Source: Comamonadaceae bacterium | GTDB taxonomy: Bacteria > Pseudomonadota > Gammaproteobacteria > Burkholderiales > Burkholderiaceae_C | DNA: 64,000 nt | Direction of reading: 5' to 3' | NCBI GenBank assembly: GCA_027486495.1 | Contig: JAIXOZ010000042.1 | Coordinates: 10,226-74,225, forward strand | Program-made: the position numbers and the translations under genes | Part shown: piece by piece, positions 46,642-55,816 of the stretch | Layout of the letters: every line of letters starts with the position of its first letter | How positions within the stretch are numbered: the stretch's first letter is position 1 | The notes under the pieces: model-generated | Database searches by the model: none | The model's input: only the letters and a program-made list of their open reading frames with translations | Told to the model about the DNA's origin: nothing

Positions 46642-46992
46642 ATGAACACCACCCCCTCCGGCCTGCAATACGAAGACACCGTTGTCGGTGAAGGCGCTGA
46701 AGCCACCGCAGGTCAAGACGTCACCGTGCACTACACCGGCTGGCTCTACAAAGACGGCCAGCAAGGTGCCAAGTTCGATTCGAGCCGCGACCGCCGTGAC
46801 CCCTTTGTGTTCGGTCTTGGCGCAGGCATGGTCATCAAGGGCTGGGACGAAGGCGTGGCCGGCATGAAGGTGGGCGGTCAGCGCACCCTGATCATCTCCG
46901 CCGAATTGGGCTACGGTGCCCGCGGCGCAGGCGGCGTGATCCCGCCCAACGCCACCTTGAAGTTCGACGTGGAACTGCTGGCCCTCGATTGA
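46642..46992 (+). CDS. FKBP-type peptidyl-prolyl cis-trans isomerase
   Basis: GLQYEDTVVGEGAEA...VHYTGWL.DG..FDSS.DR..PF.F.LG.G.VIKGWDEG..GMKVGG.R.L.I...LGYG is canonical FKBP12-like. Confidence 0.9.
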   Translation: MNTTPSGLQYEDTVVGEGAEATAGQDVTVHYTGWLYKDGQQGAKFDSSRDRRDPFVFGLGAGMVIKGWDEGVAGMKVGGQRTLIISAELGYGARGAGGVIPPNATLKFDVELLALD

Positions 46993-47026
46993 GCCCCAGT
47001 CGAAACGGCTACGGCTTTTCCGACCT

Positions 47027-47049
47027 ACCCGCCTTTGGGCGGGTTTTTC
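47027..47049 (+). terminator. Rho-independent terminator after the FKBP gene
   Basis: Stem CCCGCC, loop TTTG, stem GGCGGG, then TTTTT (47044-47048). Confidence 0.7.
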
Positions 47050-47085
47050 TTGGGCCATTTTCGGGGACATTGAGCTGGAAAAGCC

Positions 47086-47115
47086 CCCTTGAAGCCTGAA
47101 ACTACGCCCCTATTT
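47086..47115 (+). promoter_or_regulatory. Sigma-32 (RpoH)-type promoter of grpE
   Basis: CCCTTGAA (47086-47093), 13-nt spacer, CCCCTATTT (47107-47115). The consensus is CTTGAAA-N13/14-CCCCATNT. Confidence 0.55.
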
Positions 47116-47148
47116 AAAAGGGGTATCCTTTTTTTGCGGACATTGTTC

Positions 47149-47697
47149 ATGTCAGAAGCCACACACAACCAAGACCCCAAGCCCATGAGTGACGAAGAAT
47201 TGGCTGCAGCTGCTGCCATGACTGCAACCGACCCACTGGCCGATGCCCAAGCCGAGTTGGCCAACCTGAAGGCCCAAAACGCCGATCTGGCCGACCAGTA
47301 CCTGCGTGCCCAGGCCGATGTGCAAAACGCCCGCCGCCGCGCCGATGACGAAATTGCCAAGGCCCGAAAATTTGCCGTGGAGGGTTTTGCCGACAGCCTG
47401 CTGCCCGTGCTCGACAGCCTGGAAGCCGGTCTGGCCATCCCCAATGTGACGATCGATCAGATCCGCGAAGGCTCTGAGGCCACGCTGCGCCAGCTCAAAA
47501 GCGCCTTGGAGCGCAACAAAGTGGCTGAAATCGCCCCCGCTGCCGGCACCAAATTCGATCCACACCACCATCAGGCGATCAGCGTGGTGCCTGCCGAGCA
47601 GGAACCCAACACCGTGGTCAACGTGCTGCAAAAGGGTTATTCCATTGCGGACCGCGTGCTGCGCCCTGCTTTGGTGACGGTCACTGCGCCCAAATAA
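47149..47697 (+). CDS. grpE: Nucleotide exchange factor GrpE
   Basis: [17 protein letters not shown]...[18 protein letters not shown]...FDPHHHQAI...GY...[10 protein letters not shown]. Confidence 0.9.
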   Translation: MSEATHNQDPKPMSDEELAAAAAMTATDPLADAQAELANLKAQNADLADQYLRAQADVQNARRRADDEIAKARKFAVEGFADSLLPVLDSLEAGLAIPNVTIDQIREGSEATLRQLKSALERNKVAEIAPAAGTKFDPHHHQAISVVPAEQEPNTVVNVLQKGYSIADRVLRPALVTVTAPK

Positions 47698-47717
47698 ACC
47701 TCGCTTTTTTCCAAACG

Positions 47718-47785
47718 GTCACCCCGGACTGGATCCGGGGTCCATGGCTTCAAGAAGATAGCTGCCGGATCAAGTCCGGCATGAC
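47718..47785. repeat. 68-bp REP/MITE-like element between grpE and the dnaK promoter
   Basis: Hairpins ACCCCGG-ACTGGAT-CCGGGGT and GCCGGA-TCAAG-TCCGGC, then CATGAC. The second module matches 36611-36637 and 63041-63067. Confidence 0.6.
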
Positions 47786-47815
47786 AAGCGATAAAAGCCT
47801 TTTTGGCGTGGGGGA

Positions 47816-47844
47816 CTTGAAAAGTCATGCCCCCCGCCCCAATT
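47816..47844 (+). promoter_or_regulatory. Sigma-32 (RpoH)-type promoter of dnaK
   Basis: CTTGAAA (47816-47822), 14-nt spacer, CCCCAATT (47837-47844). It lies about 40 nt upstream of the dnaK ATG. Confidence 0.6.
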
Positions 47845-47884
47845 GCCAAACATCAACACTTTCACTCAATTTCGGAGCATCAAA

Positions 47885-49810
47885 ATGGGAAGAATCATCG
47901 GTATTGACTTGGGCACCACCAACTCGTGTGTGGCCATCATGGAAGGCAACACGACCAAAGTGATCGAAAACGCCGAAGGCGCTCGCACCACCCCGTCGAT
48001 CATTGCGTACCAAGAAGACGGCGAAATCCTGGTGGGTGCCTCGGCCAAACGCCAGGCGGTCACCAACCCCAAGAACACCTTGTACGCGGTCAAGCGCCTG
48101 ATCGGCCGCAAGTTCGCCGAAAAAGAAGTCCAAAAAGACATCGACCTGATGCCTTACACCATCGCCAAAGCCGACAACGGCGATGCTTGGGTGGAAGTGC
48201 GCGGCAACAAGCTGGCACCGCCACAAATCAGCGCTGAAATCTTGCGCAAGATGAAGAAAACCGCCGAAGATTACCTCGGCGAAGAAGTGACCGAAGCCGT
48301 CATCACGGTGCCCGCTTACTTCAACGACGCACAGCGCCAGGCCACCAAAGACGCGGGCCGCATTGCTGGTCTGGACGTCAAGCGCATCATCAACGAACCC
48401 ACTGCGGCAGCCTTGGCCTTTGGCTTGGACAAGCAAGAAAAGGGCGACCGCAAGATCGCCGTGTATGACTTGGGTGGCGGCACGTTTGACGTGTCCATCA
48501 TCGAAATCGCCGACGTCGACGGTGAAAAACAGTTCGAAGTGTTGTCCACCAACGGCGACACCTTCCTGGGCGGCGAAGACTTTGACCAGCGCATCATCGA
48601 CCACATCATCACCGAGTTCAAGAAAGAATCCGGCGTCGATCTGGCCAAAGACGTGCTGGCCCTGCAGCGCCTGAAAGAAGCCGCTGAAAAGGCCAAGATC
48701 GAGCTGTCCAGCTCGGCTGCCACCGACGTCAACCTGCCCTACATCACGGCCGACGCCACCGGCCCCAAGCACCTGAACATCAAGCTGACCCGCGCCAAAC
48801 TGGAGCAGTTGGTGGAAGAGCTGATCGAGCGCACCATTGCCCCTTGCCGCATGGCCATCAAGGACGCGGGCGTGTCGGTCGGCGAGATCGACGACATCAT
48901 TTTGGTCGGCGGTATGTCCCGCATGCCCAAGGTGCAAGAAAAGGTCAAAGAGTTCTTCGGCAAGGAGCCACGCAAGGACGTGAACCCTGACGAAGCCGTG
49001 GCCGTGGGCGCGGCGATTCAAGGCCAGGTGTTGTCGGGTGACCGCACCGACGTGCTGCTGCTCGACGTGACACCTTTGTCCCTGGGCATCGAGACCATGG
49101 GCGGCGTGATGACCAAGATGATCACCAAGAACACGACCATCCCGACCAAGTTTGCACAGACCTTCTCGACCGCTGAAGACAACCAGCCTGCTGTGACCAT
49201 CAAGGTGTTCCAGGGCGAGCGCGAAATCGCCAGCGGGAACAAGGCCCTGGGCGAGTTCAACCTCGAGGGTATCCCACCCGCAGCGCGTGGCACGCCCCAG
49301 ATCGAAGTGTCTTTTGACATCGACGCCAACGGCATCTTGCATGTGGGCGCCAAAGACAAAGGTACTGGCAAAGAAAACAAGATCACCATCAAGGCCAACT
49401 CGGGTTTGTCCGAAGCCGAAATTCAGCAAATGGTGAAAGATGCCGAGTTGAACGCGGTGGAAGACAAGAAAAAGCTCGAACTCGTTCAAGCCCGCAACGC
49501 CGGTGAAGCCGCTGTGCACAGCGTGAAAAAGAGCCTGACCGAACATGGCGACAAGATCGAAGCGGCAGAAAAAGAAACCATCGAAGCTGCTGCCAAGTCT
49601 TTGGAAGAGGTGTTGAAGGGCGAAGACAAAGACGCCATCGAAGCCAAAACCGAAGCCCTGATGACCGCCAGCCAGAAATTGGGCGAAAAGGTCTATGCCG
49701 ACATGCAAGCCCAGCAGGCCGCTGCGGGTGCTGCAGCCGGTGCCGCTGATGCCAAACCACAAGACGACAATGTGGTGGACGCTGAAGTCAAGGAAGTCAA
49801 AAAGGGCTAA
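47885..49810 (+). CDS. dnaK: Molecular chaperone DnaK (Hsp70)
   Basis: [21 protein letters not shown]..., [11 protein letters not shown], and the full-length Hsp70 layout. Confidence 0.98.
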   Translation: MGRIIGIDLGTTNSCVAIMEGNTTKVIENAEGARTTPSIIAYQEDGEILVGASAKRQAVTNPKNTLYAVKRLIGRKFAEKEVQKDIDLMPYTIAKADNGDAWVEVRGNKLAPPQISAEILRKMKKTAEDYLGEEVTEAVITVPAYFNDAQRQATKDAGRIAGLDVKRIINEPTAAALAFGLDKQEKGDRKIAVYDLGGGTFDVSIIEIADVDGEKQFEVLSTNGDTFLGGEDFDQRIIDHIITEFKKESGVDLAKDVLALQRLKEAAEKAKIELSSSAATDVNLPYITADATGPKHLNIKLTRAKLEQLVEELIERTIAPCRMAIKDAGVSVGEIDDIILVGGMSRMPKVQEKVKEFFGKEPRKDVNPDEAVAVGAAIQGQVLSGDRTDVLLLDVTPLSLGIETMGGVMTKMITKNTTIPTKFAQTFSTAEDNQPAVTIKVFQGEREIASGNKALGEFNLEGIPPAARGTPQIEVSFDIDANGILHVGAKDKGTGKENKITIKANSGLSEAEIQQMVKDAELNAVEDKKKLELVQARNAGEAAVHSVKKSLTEHGDKIEAAEKETIEAAAKSLEEVLKGEDKDAIEAKTEALMTASQKLGEKVYADMQAQQAAAGAAAGAADAKPQDDNVVDAEVKEVKKG

Positions 49811-49853
49811 GACCCCACGCTCTGCGGCCTCGCCGCAGTCCCGCCGCGCTGGC

Positions 49854-49873
49854 TGATTCAGATGACTGAATCA
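49854..49873 (+). other. 8-bp-stem hairpin in the dnaK-dnaJ spacer
   Basis: TGATTCAG-ATGA-CTGAATCA, preceded by a second hairpin CTGCGG-CCTCG-CCGCAG at 49822-49838. There is no T-run. Confidence 0.3.
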
Positions 49874-49911
49874 CCTTCGCGGCGTTCTTGTTCTAACGGT
49901 TGGATTGCCTC

Positions 49912-51054
49912 ATGGCCAAACGAGATTTTTACGAAGTGCTGGGCGTTGCCAAAAACGCCTCGGACGAAGACATCAAAAAGGCTTATCGCAAATTGGCGAT
50001 GAAGTACCACCCTGACCGCAACCAGGGCGAGGACGCCAAAGCCAAAGAAGCCGAAGCCAAATTCAAAGAAGGCAAAGAAGCCTACGAGATGTTGTCCGAT
50101 CCGCAAAAACGCGCGGCCTATGACCAGCATGGCCACGCCGGGGTCGACCCCAATATGCGTGGCGGTGCCGAGGGCTTTGGCGGTGGTTTTGGTGACGCGT
50201 TTGGTGACATCTTCGGCGACATTTTTGGTGGCCAAGGCAGGGCCGGACGCGGCGGTGGACGCCAAGTCTTCCGCGGTGCAGACCTGAGCTATGCGATGGA
50301 GATCACGCTCGAGGAAGCGGCCAACGGCAAGGACTCGCAGCTGCGCATTCCGAGCTGGGACGCTTGCGACACCTGCAACGGCAGCGGCGCCAAACCGGGC
50401 ACCAGCGTCAAAGCTTGCGGCACTTGCCACGGCCAAGGCCAAGTGCAAATGCGCCAGGGCTTTTTCAGCGTGCAACAAACCTGCCCGCATTGCCGAGGCA
50501 CAGGCAAAATCATTCCCGAGCCTTGCGGCACCTGCCACGGGCAGGGCAAGGTCAAAAAACAAAAAACGCTGGAAGTCAAAATTCCGGCTGGCATCGACGA
50601 CGGCATGCGCATCCGCAGCGCGGGCAATGGCGAGCCGGGCACCAATGGCGGGCCACCAGGCGACTTGTTCATCGAAATCCGCCTGAAAAAACACGACATC
50701 TTCGAACGCGATGGCGATGACCTGCATTGCGCCGTACCCATCAGCTTTTCCAAAGCGGCTTTGGGTGGAGAGATCGAAGTGCCCACCTTGGGCGGCAAAG
50801 CGGCCATCGACATCCCCGAAGGCACCCAGACCGGCAAGCAGTTCCGCTTGCGCGGCAAAGGCATCAAGGGCGTGCGCGGCAACTACCCGGGCGACCTGTA
50901 TTGCCACATCACTGTGGAGACCCCGGTCAAGCTCACCGAGCACCAGAAAAAGTTGCTCAAGGAGTTTGAAGAGTCGCTGTCCAAAGGTGGCGGAAAACAC
51001 CAGCCCAGCGGCGAGAGTTGGACTGACAAGCTCAAAGGTTTCTTTGGAGCTTGA
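49912..51054 (+). CDS. dnaJ: Molecular chaperone DnaJ (Hsp40)
   Basis: J domain [12 protein letters not shown]...HPDRN, a G/F region, and four CxxCxGxG zinc-finger repeats. Confidence 0.97.
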   Translation: MAKRDFYEVLGVAKNASDEDIKKAYRKLAMKYHPDRNQGEDAKAKEAEAKFKEGKEAYEMLSDPQKRAAYDQHGHAGVDPNMRGGAEGFGGGFGDAFGDIFGDIFGGQGRAGRGGGRQVFRGADLSYAMEITLEEAANGKDSQLRIPSWDACDTCNGSGAKPGTSVKACGTCHGQGQVQMRQGFFSVQQTCPHCRGTGKIIPEPCGTCHGQGKVKKQKTLEVKIPAGIDDGMRIRSAGNGEPGTNGGPPGDLFIEIRLKKHDIFERDGDDLHCAVPISFSKAALGGEIEVPTLGGKAAIDIPEGTQTGKQFRLRGKGIKGVRGNYPGDLYCHITVETPVKLTEHQKKLLKEFEESLSKGGGKHQPSGESWTDKLKGFFGA

Positions 51055-51078
51055 ATCTGAACTGACTCGCTGGGCAGT

Positions 51079-51148
51079 GCAAGAGGGGTTGCGGCGGGTT
51101 CCTCTTGGCGGGTACGCAAAAATCGTCACCCACCGCAACCCCTCTCGC
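51079..51148. repeat. Long-range inverted repeat (16-bp arms, one mismatch, 38-nt loop) downstream of dnaJ
   Basis: GCAAGAGGGGTTGCGG (51079-51094) pairs with CCGCAACCCCTCTCGC (51133-51148). Confidence 0.35.
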
Positions 51149-51229
51149 ACTTCGGGCTGAATTTGCAGGTCGGTTCATTCGTTGACCCAAGTCAAACCCC
51201 GAGCCAGCCGATGCGGTGAACATGAGCGC

Positions 51230-52594
51230 ATGAGCGCCACCATCACCTTTCTCGGCGGAGCCGACACCGTCACCGGCTCCAAATACCTGATAGAGCACAA
51301 CCAGAAGCGGCTGCTGGTCGATTGCGGGCTGTTTCAGGGCTACAAACAACTGCGCTTGCGCAACTGGAGCCCTTTGCCGGTAAACCCGGCCAACATCGAT
51401 GCGGTGGTGCTGACCCACGCGCACCTGGACCACAGCGGGTATTTGCCTTTGCTGGTGAAAAACGGTTTTCGGGGTCGGGTCCACGCCACCGCTGCAACCT
51501 GTGATTTGGCCAGCATCTTGCTGCCCGACAGCGGACATATCCAAGAAGAAGACGCGTTTTTTGCCAACCGGCATGGCTTTTCCAAACATGCCCTGGCCCT
51601 GCCGCTGTACACCAAGCAAGAGGCCATCCAAAGCCTCCAACAATTGCACGCGGAGCATCAAGCTCAGTGGTTCGAGCCGATTCGGGGCTGGAAGGCCCGC
51701 TTTCAGCCCGCCGGCCACATCTTGGGCGCAGCCAGTCTGCTGCTGGATGTGGGCGGGCGGCGCGTTCTTTTTTCTGGCGATTTGGGCAGACCCGACGACC
51801 CGCTCATGAACCCACCCGAGCCACCGCCTCAGGCCGACACAGTGCTCATTGAGTCGACCTATGGTGACCGTCAGCACCCCCTACAAAAGCTGTTCGAAGA
51901 ACTCGGGCCGCTCTTTAAAAAACTGGCCGCGCGTGGTGGCGTGGCCGTGGTGCCGGTCTTTGCCGTGGGGCGAGCGCAGGCCGTGCTGCACACCATTGCG
52001 CAACTCAAGGCCGCAGGTGAAATACCCCATGGCTTGCCGATTTTTCTGGACAGCCCGATGGCGATCCACACCACCGCTTTGTTTGAGCGCCACCCCGGTG
52101 AGCACCGCCTGAGCGCGCAGGAGGTGCGCCAGATGGACCATGTGGCGACCATGCTGGAAACGCCCGAGCAGTCCAAATCACTGGCACGGCGGCACGGTCC
52201 GATGGTGATTTTGGCCGCCAGTGGCATGGCCACGGGCGGGCGCGTGTTGCACCACTTGGCGCAATATGCGGGGGACCACCGCAACATGATCATCCTGACC
52301 GGTTACCAAGCCCCGGGCACGCGGGGCGCGGCGCTGGCCAGCGGCCGCAGCACCATCCGCATCCATGCACAAGATGTGGCGGTGCGGGCCGAAGTGGCGC
52401 AAATCGAATCGGCTTCGGCCCATGCCGACGCCAACCAACTGCTGAGCTGGCTGCACAAGATGCCCAGTGCGCCCAGTCAGGTGTACGTGGTGCACGGTGA
52501 ACGCGAAGCGTCCGACATGCTGCGCCAGCGCATCGAACACGAGATCAAATGGCGTGCGCTGGTGCCTGAGCAGGGCTCGGTCTGGCCACTTTGA
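51230..52594 (+). CDS. MBL-fold metallo-hydrolase of the beta-CASP (RNA-metabolising) family
   Basis: THAHLDHSGYLP (HxHxDH), beta-CASP-like ESTYGDR, and the C-terminal VHGE motif. Confidence 0.85.
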   Translation: MSATITFLGGADTVTGSKYLIEHNQKRLLVDCGLFQGYKQLRLRNWSPLPVNPANIDAVVLTHAHLDHSGYLPLLVKNGFRGRVHATAATCDLASILLPDSGHIQEEDAFFANRHGFSKHALALPLYTKQEAIQSLQQLHAEHQAQWFEPIRGWKARFQPAGHILGAASLLLDVGGRRVLFSGDLGRPDDPLMNPPEPPPQADTVLIESTYGDRQHPLQKLFEELGPLFKKLAARGGVAVVPVFAVGRAQAVLHTIAQLKAAGEIPHGLPIFLDSPMAIHTTALFERHPGEHRLSAQEVRQMDHVATMLETPEQSKSLARRHGPMVILAASGMATGGRVLHHLAQYAGDHRNMIILTGYQAPGTRGAALASGRSTIRIHAQDVAVRAEVAQIESASAHADANQLLSWLHKMPSAPSQVYVVHGEREASDMLRQRIEHEIKWRALVPEQGSVWPL

Positions 52595-52680
52595 AAAAGC
52601 CCCACCTGATGGATCCGACCCTGAGGAGTGTGCAGGTGTGAGGACGCCATCATCAGCTGGGTCGTCCTGGCCTTGCTTTT

Positions 52681-52797
52681 GTCATCGCGGACGTATTTCT
52701 CCGTCATCCCGGCCTTGAGCCGGGATCCAGTGCATGGGGCCGGTCTTTGCAAAGGGCTGTGGTCCGCACTCGATCCCGGATCTTCGCCCGGGAAAAC
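52681..52797. repeat. Composite REP/MITE-like element (two modules)
   Basis: GTCATCGCGGACG (arm-type as at 19077-19088). Then GTCATCCCGGCCTTGAGCCGGGATCCAG...GGTCTTTGCAAA...GATCCCGGATCTTCGCCCGGG aligns to 31791-31884. Confidence 0.7.
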
Positions 52798-52862
52798 CTG
52801 AGTTTTACAGATGTTTCAACATCAGCGGGCTGAAACAATCAGGCCACATCCATAGGCACGGC

Positions 52863-53327
52863 TCAAAGAAAACGGTCCAGCAGTTTGCGCGAGTGTTTGT
52901 CCATGGCCGCCAGGTCGCGGATCATATACTGCACGCCATTGGCGTCGTTGATCAGCAGCACCGTGCCAGTGAGGCGGCGGATGTCTTCTTCGCCCTTAAG
53001 CATGAATTGCGTGGCACCCCGGTCGGTTTGCACCGACCAGGTGCTGGGCGTGACCAAGCTGCTCACGGTGTCCAGGCGCAAAATTTGTGGCAAAAACTCG
53101 CGCTCGTCCAGCGCTTCGCGCAGCGTAGCCTGCAAGGCGGGTGACAACGCACCGAGATCGGGCACCCAGTGCAATTCGTGGCCATCGGCATCCATCAGGG
53201 CCACGCCTTGGTCCGGGGCCGACACGGGGTAGGCACGCAGGGCCGTCACCGGGCCGTAGCGCGTGCCATCGGCCAACACCAGTACCCAGCGACCAAACGC
53301 GTCGCGGTGCAAATCAAACGGGGTCAT
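52863..53327 (-). CDS. DUF1854 family protein (cyanophycin-locus associated)
   Basis: 154 aa. FDLHRDAFGRWVL...YPVSAPDQGVAL...HELHWVPDL...FLPQILRL is recognised as the DUF1854 family. Its ATG overlaps the ABC gene stop (ATGA at 53324-53327). Confidence 0.75.
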   Translation of the reverse strand: MTPFDLHRDAFGRWVLVLADGTRYGPVTALRAYPVSAPDQGVALMDADGHELHWVPDLGALSPALQATLREALDEREFLPQILRLDTVSSLVTPSTWSVQTDRGATQFMLKGEEDIRRLTGTVLLINDANGVQYMIRDLAAMDKHSRKLLDRFL

Positions 53328-55645
53328 GCGCTCACCTTCTTGTCCTCGTCGCTGCCGCCCAGCACAGCCACCGCTTCGGCCTGGCGCTGCTGCGCTTCGT
53401 ACAAGCGCCAGTAAGCGCCTTGGGCCGCCATGAGCACGTCGTGCGTACCCTCTTCGACCACCACCCCTTTGTCCATGACGACCAATCGGTCGGCCTTGCG
53501 CAAAGTGGACAAGCGGTGCGCGATGGCAATCGTCGTGCGCCCGCGCACCAAGTTGTCGAGGGCTTTTTGGATCTCTTTTTCGGTCTCGGTGTCCACGGCC
53601 GAGGTGGCCTCGTCCAGAATCAAAATGCGCGGATTGATCAGCAAGGCCCTTGCGATCGAGATGCGCTGGCGCTCGCCGCCCGACAGGCCCTGTCCGCGCT
53701 CGCCCACCAGCGAGTCGTAGCCCTGGGGCATGCGCAAAATGAACTCGTGGGCATGCGCGGCACGGGCTGCGGCCACGATCTCTTCGCGGGTGGCGTCGGG
53801 CTTGCCGTAGGCGATGTTGTCAGCGATGGTGCCGAAGAACAAAAACGGCTCTTGCAGCACCAGACCAATCTGCCGGCGGTAATCGGCCACCTTGAGCTGG
53901 CGGATGTCGGTGCCGTCAAGCTCAATGGCCCCATCGCTCACGTCGTAAAACCGGCAAATCAAATTGACCAGTGTGCTTTTCCCCGAGCCACTGTGACCCA
54001 CCAAACCGATCATCTGGCCGGGCTGAATGTCGAAGTTCAGCTGGCGAATCACAGCGCGGTTGCCATAGCGAAAATCGGCGTCGCGCACCCTGATGTGGCC
54101 TTTGACCTGAGGCGGCAAAGCCACGGGGTGGAGTGGCTCGGGCACGCTGGAGACGTGGTCCAGGATGTCAAAAATCCGCTTGGCACCAGCGGCCGCTTTT
54201 TGGGTGTTCGAGACGATGCGACTCATGGCATCGAGGCGGCTGTAAAAGCGCCCGATGTAGGCCAAAAATGCGGTCAACACACCCACGGTGATCTGGTCGT
54301 CCGAGACCAGCCAGATGCCAAATCCCCAGACCACCAGCAAGCCGATTTCGGTCATCAGCGTCACCGTGGGCGAGAACAAGGACCACACGCGGTTGAGCCG
54401 GTCGTTCACCTGCAGGTTGTGCACGTTGGCATCTTTGAAGCGCTGAGCTTCGCGGTCTTCCTGCGCAAAGGCTTTGACCACCCGGATGCCGGGGATGGTG
54501 TCGGTCAGCACGTTGGTCACTTCGGCCCAGACGCGGTCGATTTTTTCAAAGCCAGTGCGCAGTCTTTCGCGCACCACATGGATCAACCAGCCAATGAAGG
54601 GCAGCGGCAACAAGGTCACCAACGCCAAAGTCGGGTTGATGTAAAACAAGATGCCCGCAGTCATCACAATCATCAGCACGTCGGTGGCAAAGTCCAGCAG
54701 GTGCAGCGACAAGAACACGTTGATGCGGTCGGTTTCGCTGCCGATGCGCGCGATCAGATCGCCCGTGCGGCGCCCACCAAAGTACTCCAGCGAGAGTTTG
54801 AGCAAATGCTCGTAGGTGGTGGTGCGCAGATCGGAGCCGATGCGCTCGGACACCAGCGCCAAGATGTAGGTTTTGGCCCAACCCAAGCCCCAGGCCAGCA
54901 AACCCGATGCGAACAATCCCAGCAGGTACAGGGACACCAAACCCGGGTCGATGTTGGCCCCGTTTTGGTACGGAATCAGCACCTCGTCCATCAGCGGCAT
55001 GGTCAGGTAAGGCGGCACCAGTGTGGCCGCGGTCGAGGCCAGGGTCAACAAAAAGCCCGCAAGCAAAGAACGCTTATAAGGCCGGGCAAAGCGCCACAGT
55101 TTGAGCAGGGTCCAGGTGGAGGGCGGGTTCAGGTCTTCGCGGCTGCAGACGGGGCACTCTTCATTGTCCTCAGAAAGGCTGGCCTGACACACCGGGCACA
55201 CCGACACATGGGCCGACTGCATTGGCCTGCCTTGCAGGTCAGTGGCCAGAGCGTCCGGGCTTTGGGCACGGTGGCTTTGCTGCGCCTCGAACAGCGCCAC
55301 CCAACGAAACACCGCCTCTTGCAGCCCCAAAGTGAAACGCCAAACAGCCAATCGGCCTTGTTCATCGGCAAGCTCCAACTGCCCAACCCCGGCGTGGTCC
55401 GTCAGGCACAATCGTTGACCTTCGTCAAAGAGCCAGTTTTGCCAATTTTTTTCACTCAAACTGGCGGTGAGGATTCGCCGATCGGTCAAAATCAAAGCGG
55501 TCTTGTGGAACTTCAATGCCGTATTGAGGTCAACCAAAACCCAGGCTGTCGCGTTTTCATCGGGTTGCAGCCTCGATTGCACTTCTGCTTGCCACTCGTC
55601 CGGCACAACCGAACGCCAAGATGCAGAAGAAAGTACTGAAGACAT
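53324..55645 (-). CDS. ABC exporter (fused TMD-NBD) with ~180-aa N-terminal PH-like plus zinc-ribbon extension
   Basis: Walker [10 protein letters not shown], signature LSGGERQR, Walker [10 protein letters not shown], six TM helices after [11 protein letters not shown]. The N-terminus contains ILTDRRILT and CPVC-x10-CPVC (encoded at 55145-55198). Confidence 0.9.
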   Translation of the reverse strand: MSSVLSSASWRSVVPDEWQAEVQSRLQPDENATAWVLVDLNTALKFHKTALILTDRRILTASLSEKNWQNWLFDEGQRLCLTDHAGVGQLELADEQGRLAVWRFTLGLQEAVFRWVALFEAQQSHRAQSPDALATDLQGRPMQSAHVSVCPVCQASLSEDNEECPVCSREDLNPPSTWTLLKLWRFARPYKRSLLAGFLLTLASTAATLVPPYLTMPLMDEVLIPYQNGANIDPGLVSLYLLGLFASGLLAWGLGWAKTYILALVSERIGSDLRTTTYEHLLKLSLEYFGGRRTGDLIARIGSETDRINVFLSLHLLDFATDVLMIVMTAGILFYINPTLALVTLLPLPFIGWLIHVVRERLRTGFEKIDRVWAEVTNVLTDTIPGIRVVKAFAQEDREAQRFKDANVHNLQVNDRLNRVWSLFSPTVTLMTEIGLLVVWGFGIWLVSDDQITVGVLTAFLAYIGRFYSRLDAMSRIVSNTQKAAAGAKRIFDILDHVSSVPEPLHPVALPPQVKGHIRVRDADFRYGNRAVIRQLNFDIQPGQMIGLVGHSGSGKSTLVNLICRFYDVSDGAIELDGTDIRQLKVADYRRQIGLVLQEPFLFFGTIADNIAYGKPDATREEIVAAARAAHAHEFILRMPQGYDSLVGERGQGLSGGERQRISIARALLINPRILILDEATSAVDTETEKEIQKALDNLVRGRTTIAIAHRLSTLRKADRLVVMDKGVVVEEGTHDVLMAAQGAYWRLYEAQQRQAEAVAVLGGSDEDKKVSA

Positions 55646-55816
55646 GAAGGCTGAATCCCAAAGAACCCGTTGCACCCGGTGGCGCAACGAAAAAAACACA
55701 TCGACCTGGTTGAAACCACCTGCACAAGACATGCACCTGTTGAACCTTGAGCTTCCAGCCCAAATGCTGGCCAACCCCGCGATCGAGCGACGATTCTATC
55801 GCTGCACCCTCCAAGC

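Noticed and set aside
55646-55816. Sigma-54 or NtcA-type nitrogen-control site in the divergent cyanophycin control region
   Set aside because: TGGCGC at about 55680 is not followed by TTGC at the required spacing, and no GTA-N8-TAC motif is present. Only weak direct repeats (GTTGAA-CC) were seen, which is insufficient to call.
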